From Asterias rubens (Eukaryota): a stretch of DNA of 64,000 nucleotides. Shown here piece after piece: positions 59,501 to 64,000 of this stretch; position 1 is the first letter of the stretch; the number at the start of each line of letters is the position of its first letter. The DNA is taken from positions 17,546,001-17,610,000 of the forward strand of contig NC_047071.1 in NCBI RefSeq assembly GCF_902459465.1, in the 5' to 3' direction. The notes below the pieces were generated by a model. It was not told where the DNA came from, made no database searches, and saw nothing but the letters and a program-made list of their open reading frames with translations. The translations under genes were made by a program, and so were the position numbers.

Positions 59501-60041
59501 ACCAGTCTTCTCACTTGGTGTATCTCAATATATGCACAAAGTAACAAACCTGTAAAAATTTGAGCTCAATCAGTCAACGAAGTTGCGAGATAATAATACA
59601 AGAAAAAACACCCTTGTAACACGAAGTTGTGTGCGTTCAGATGCTTGATTTTGGGACCTCAAATTCGTGGAAAATTACTTCTTTCTCGAAAACTACATTA
59701 CTTCAGAGGGAGCTGTTTCTCACAATGATTTATACTATCAACAGCTCTCCATTACTTGTTACCAAGTAAGGTGTTATGCTAATAATTATTTTGAGTAATT
59801 ACCAATAGTGTCCACTGCCTTTAAATTGTTTGATATATTTTCCAGACCTGAGGAAGCAACTCTGGAGAACCTTCACCGTACATGGCCCCCGTTCTGGATC
59901 AAGTTGGGCTCTAGTTGGCTGTGTGGCGCCCTCTTTGTTATCAAACTAATCACAATCATGCGGTGCTCTACAGACCAACCTACAGATAGACAGAGACGAA
60001 TATCACGGAACTCGTACCAGCCTGCAGGAGCGCATCCGTAA
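47575..60041 (+). CDS. SERINC5: Serine incorporator (SERINC/TDE family), SERINC5-like, 511 aa
   Basis: Exons 47575-47598, 48439-48594, 49250-49428, 50849-51025, 51555-51598, 52451-52624, 53775-53870, 54423-54594, 57419-57515, 58049-58118, 58619-58769 and 59846-60041 total 1536 nt in frame. Motifs include [92 protein letters not shown] and FWIKLGSSW. The N-terminus and NSKSCRA motif resemble SERINC5 more than SERINC1-3 as recalled; the paralogue assignment needs a tree. Confidence 0.92.
52572..53150 (+). repeat. ~230-bp tandem triplication of the SERINC exon-6 end and donor
   Basis: ATGCCCTGCTTACC..AGTG|GTAGGTAA occurs at 52624, 52878 and 53099. Confidence 0.9.
56449..56654. mobile_element. 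PIF/Harbinger-like MITE (TAA TSD)
   Basis: TAA-AGCCCGGTTCATACTTC..GAAGTATGAACCGGGCT-TAA. A doubled relative lies at 25720-26056. Confidence 0.75.
57127..57356. mobile_element. Element made of two inverted tRNA-like heads
   Basis: Homologous arms of about 85 bp, each with A-box-like and B-box-like motifs facing outward. A solo arm lies at 14849-14935. Confidence 0.65.
57611..57853. mobile_element. MITE with TIR TAGACTTGTGGACAAGTC
   Basis: GACTTGTGGACAAGTC..GACTTGTCCACAAGT; a solo end lies at about 58540. Confidence 0.6.
59466..59824. mobile_element. MITE family A copy, about 20 nt upstream of the last SERINC acceptor
   Basis: Both TIRs and TTAA flanks are present. Further copies lie at 60123-60460, with partial copies at 29490-29680 and 38430-38640. 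Confidence 0.85.
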
Positions 60042-63000
60042 GTTGAGTTCTATTGAATTTGAATTATTTTCGAAATGGCTGATTATTGAGGAAGGAATCT
60101 TTCATTATATTAAAAAAAATAATTAAAGACGCTGGATTGTCAAAGACCATACTTCTCACTTGGTGTATCTCAACATTATGCACAAAATAACAAACCTGTG
60201 AAAATTTGAACTCAATTGGTCGTCGAAGTTGCAAGATACGAATGGAGAAAAAACCATCTTTGTCACACAAAGTTGTGTGCTTTCAGCTGCTAATTCTGAG
60301 GTCTTGAAATCAAATTCAAATATTTTAGGGGAAAAATTACTTCTTTCTCGAAAACTATGTTACTTCAGAGGGAGCCGTTTGCTCTCCATTGCTTGTTACC
60401 AAGTAAGTTTTATGCTAACAATTATTTTGAGTAACTACCAATAGTGTTCAGTGCCTTTAAGTTGCCATGGAAAGATCTAATGTGTCAGTGATTTACCAGG
60501 TCTTCAGTGAAGATAAAGTCCTGAATTTGCCTTTTGCCCTTTCAGGAACAGACTTAGTACTACCTCCATTTAGGCACTCAAGTCCTAAGTCACCAAGTTG
60601 TCTTGATACATATCCGGTAAGTTCTACCATAGAGTAAGGACCATGGTCTAAGTTACCATGGTCTTACCAACAAACGGGTGCAATTCTCTACAACCTTCTT
60701 GATACATATTTTGTACTTTTTTAATTAAAGGCAATGCCATTATTTCTGATTGATATTCAACTCATCAATATTTAGCATAGTGTTTAAAATAATATGTGTC
60801 TTTGTTGTCAAACAATGAGGAACCCCCACCCCGTTTTTAAAATTATGTCAATTAAATTCTGAATATTTTAGGACACTTCACAAAAGGTCCTTATAAGTAG
60901 ACTTGCAACAGTCTACCAATGAGTTCAGCACTACAGTGCAATTGCTCTAACCCTCACAGGGTCTTGATCAGAACTCCTGGACTATCCCAATATGGAGGAA
61001 ACTCTACCCTGATAAGGGCCCTGTTTGAACCCCGATTATCAATCCCCTTAAATGATATTGATCGAATGATAATAATAAGGCCAGTGAAAAATGAAGCTCA
61101 GTTTTTGTCGGAGCTTTCTTTTAAAATTTTAAAACTTGTTTTAAAAAAAAAAGTCCTTAAAAGTCCTTATATGTTTATTTATATTTTGGGTTCATATAAA
61201 ATTTGATTTGCCATTAAAGGAACACGTTGCCTTGGATCGGTCGAGTTGGTCTTTGAAAAGCGTTCTGTTACCGTTTGTTATAAAATCGATATGGTTAGAA
61301 AGATGTTGTAAAAGTAGAATACAATAATCTATACAAATATGCCTCGAAATGGCGTGGTTTTCTTTTTACCTCATCGACATTTTGACTCCCATAAATGGCC
61401 GACCGTGTTAGTTCGCGACATAATATGAAAACCGTGCAATTTCAAGTGATTCTTGTGTGGATCCTTATATTCTACTTTTAAAACATCTTTCTAACCATAT
61501 ATGCATTTCATAACAAAAAGGTTTCAAATGCTTTTTATTGACCAACTCGTCCGATTCCAAGGTAACGTGTGGTTTTTTAATATGTACACACAAATCATAG
61601 ACTTTGCAACTCTAGGGTGTACATGTATGACAATGATAAATACAACAAAACTCCTCCTCACTTTTCAAAGATTAATTTGACAAGAAACTGCTAATCAATT
61701 TCCACTGGCCTGAAGATGATATAAGACTTGGTTATGCTTTAGTTACATGTTAACCTTGCTCAAGGCAGTCGCATTATTCGCTCCGAAAAGACGCCGCTGT
61801 AAACCCACCCGTATACCCTGTGCGTGGTGCTTGCGACCACACCGCATGGCCCACCCGTACACACACTGTCACATCGTACGACTACTGTGCACACAAGTCA
61901 TCCGCACTCGTACCACTAACCGCATGCGGAGGCCGACAGCCTTGTCGGGTCTGTAACTTCCGGGTTTAATGTGTTGTATTGAAAAATTTTCACAAGTGGA
62001 AAAAATTGGGGGGGCTCTCGGATATGCAGCTCATGAGTATGTATATCTTTCGTCAGACCTATCAGACAACACAGGATGTGAGGCAAATGAATTATTCATT
62101 TTGACGTTCAATCACGCACGCCTATCATGCTCGCTGAGCGTTCGTGGTGGTGGTGTGTGATGTAGACATGACTGTCTCGTCTTTCGCGGGCATTATGGTA
62201 ATGAGCTGACCATGGGTAATGAGGTCAGTGGCTTCAACACAGACCCTACAAGGCTGTCGGCCTGACGGCCTCCACATGCGGATAGTGTACGAGGGCATCA
62301 TGTCGTGCGATTTTACGCACAGTGAATACGGGTTTTTTTTATACAGAGAGCGGCGGTCTTTTTTTCGGAGTGAATAGTTCGACTGCCTTGAGCAAGGCTA
62401 GTTACATGTATGACTGGTTATCTGAACAAGCTCGTTGCTGTTCAATTCAAATTGTAACAACAACAAATAAAGGTGTGGACCTTTACTTTTATCTTTGTGA
62501 CACACAGTTTTATATAGTATTATATTGACAAGCCTAATCCTGCCTGCTTGTAAGGGAAACGCAATTTGTCCTTAGTTATAAAAGGGCACCTCAACGTGGA
62601 AACGAAAGTTTCTTTAGGAAACTTTTTAAAGGGCACTAAGGCAATTACCAGGAGCATTGGGGCAATTGCCTCCATGAAAGTCTGCATTTACAACCCAAGG
62701 TAGTTTTCTAATTGAACAGTATTTTCAAATTGTTTCTTTTCAAAAAGATAGTGGAAAGAAAGATGGCTGTTCACAACAGGAGGAAAACAGTCCTTTGATT
62801 TATTAGAAATCATTTTTTTTTTTGAGCCAACAAATGTATTCCATTGAAGAAAATTGTATTCATAATCATGAGTATGTATAAGGGCAGTTTCATAATGGTA
62901 ACTCACGCTGATTTACTTTTGAGTTTTCCTTGGGCTGTAACTACCTTACTGAAAAGGTTTGATAACTGTATATCAAACATTATCTATACCCAACTCAATG

Positions 63001-63679
63001 TGCTGCGTTCTTGACGTAGGGTGGCGCTTTACAAATGCCCTATTTTATGCGTATATGTGTGTATGTTATCCCCATAGAAGTTAGGGGACCTATTTAAGCA
63101 TCGAAGATGACATCCTGAAAAAATGTGTCATGGGTGATACATGAGATACGGAAATTTGATTGATCACGGTTTGAAAATGTTCTAAAACGTATTGTTAGTA
63201 ATCAATTTTGTGTGTCTTACAAGGACTAACATGACACATGTTTCAGGATCTCATTTGTTGGTTCTGAAGTAGGTCTAGGTCACTGTAAAAGTATCTATAG
63301 TCTAGACTTGTCAACAGTAACTGTACCAGGGATCAGTTACACTCCAACTGTTCCATTGATTCAAACAGCCTGTTCATAGTTTAGAGGAGTACATGTTCCC
63401 TTTAGGGACTGCCAGTGTTCCCAATGGAACTACTGTCAGAGTTTCCCCTCGTTATCGAACACCCCCTAATCTAGTTGGAGGGGTTTTCCTAAACATGCAC
63501 AGACCATCACAGACTAAACTTGAATTTTGTTTCCTCCAGTTTCTTTCAAACTCTATTTTGTAATTTTACAGTACTCAAACATGCTGTACTCTAATACTTA
63601 ACCTGTACTCCTGGAAAGGTACTAATGGGTTCTGCTTTTTCTCAAACCATCGATACTCGTCCTCACAGTAAACTCGAGT

Positions 63680-64000
63680 CGTACTTCTTACTCACATGAA
63701 AGTACTTGTACGAGTTACTCACACCTACCGTAAAGTACTTACTCAAACTCACTGTATAGTACTTGTATGAGTTTCTCACACTAACATTTAAGTACTCGTA
63801 GCAGTTTCTAACACTCACTGTAAGGTACTTGTACGACTTACTCACACTCATATGAAAGTGATTGTATTTGTTACTCACACTTACAGTAAAGTATGAGTTG
63901 CCCACACTCACATGAAAGTACTTTAGGAGTTACTGATACTCGCAGTGAAGTGTTTTGTAGGAGTTACTCACACGCTCTGTAAAACTAATTTGTACAAGTT
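63680..64000. repeat. Degenerate 33-bp minisatellite
   Basis: Unit approximately ACTCACACTCACTGTAAAGTACTTGTACGAGTT, about 10 units, running off the end of the window. Confidence 0.8.

Noticed and set aside
63663-63911. ORF with 11-aa periodicity (VSVSNSYKY..)
   Set aside because: It is a by-product of a 33-bp minisatellite whose unit is divisible by three; there is no evidence of coding.

Overview
Eukaryotic, intron-rich, AT-rich invertebrate DNA. The gene set and repeat content suggest an echinoderm such as a sea star, but this is inference. I reconstructed four protein-coding loci exon by exon using GT-AG sites and phase continuity. (1) The 3' part of a type I membrane protein with at least six MAM domains and a cytoplasmic NPxY motif (+, 432-15371). 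(2) A complete Polycomb PRC1 RING1/RNF2 orthologue (-, 26420-17978, 9 coding exons, 356 aa). (3) Two tandem, closely related alpha-arrestin (ARRDC) paralogues: copy 2 (39156-44105, 412 aa) is intact, while copy 1 (31650-36725) has lost a splice donor and the 3' end of exon 5. (4) A complete SERINC5-like gene (+, 47575-60041, 12 coding exons, 511 aa). The rest is a dense mosaic: a 5'-truncated L2/CR1-group LINE with an open RT frame, tRNA-derived SINEs, several MITE families (TTAA/Kolobok-like, TAA/Harbinger-like, and one with CTCF-like motifs in its TIRs), a family of long-hairpin elements of unclear class, back-to-back tRNA-head elements, hammerhead-ribozyme-like relics and minisatellites. 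There is a 440-N gap at 5324-5763. I found no CRISPR array, rRNA or intact tRNA gene. I cannot demonstrate a wholly new biological system. The best leads are the hairpin element family, the CTCF-motif MITE, the inverted twin-tRNA elements and the asymmetrically diverging ARRDC pair.
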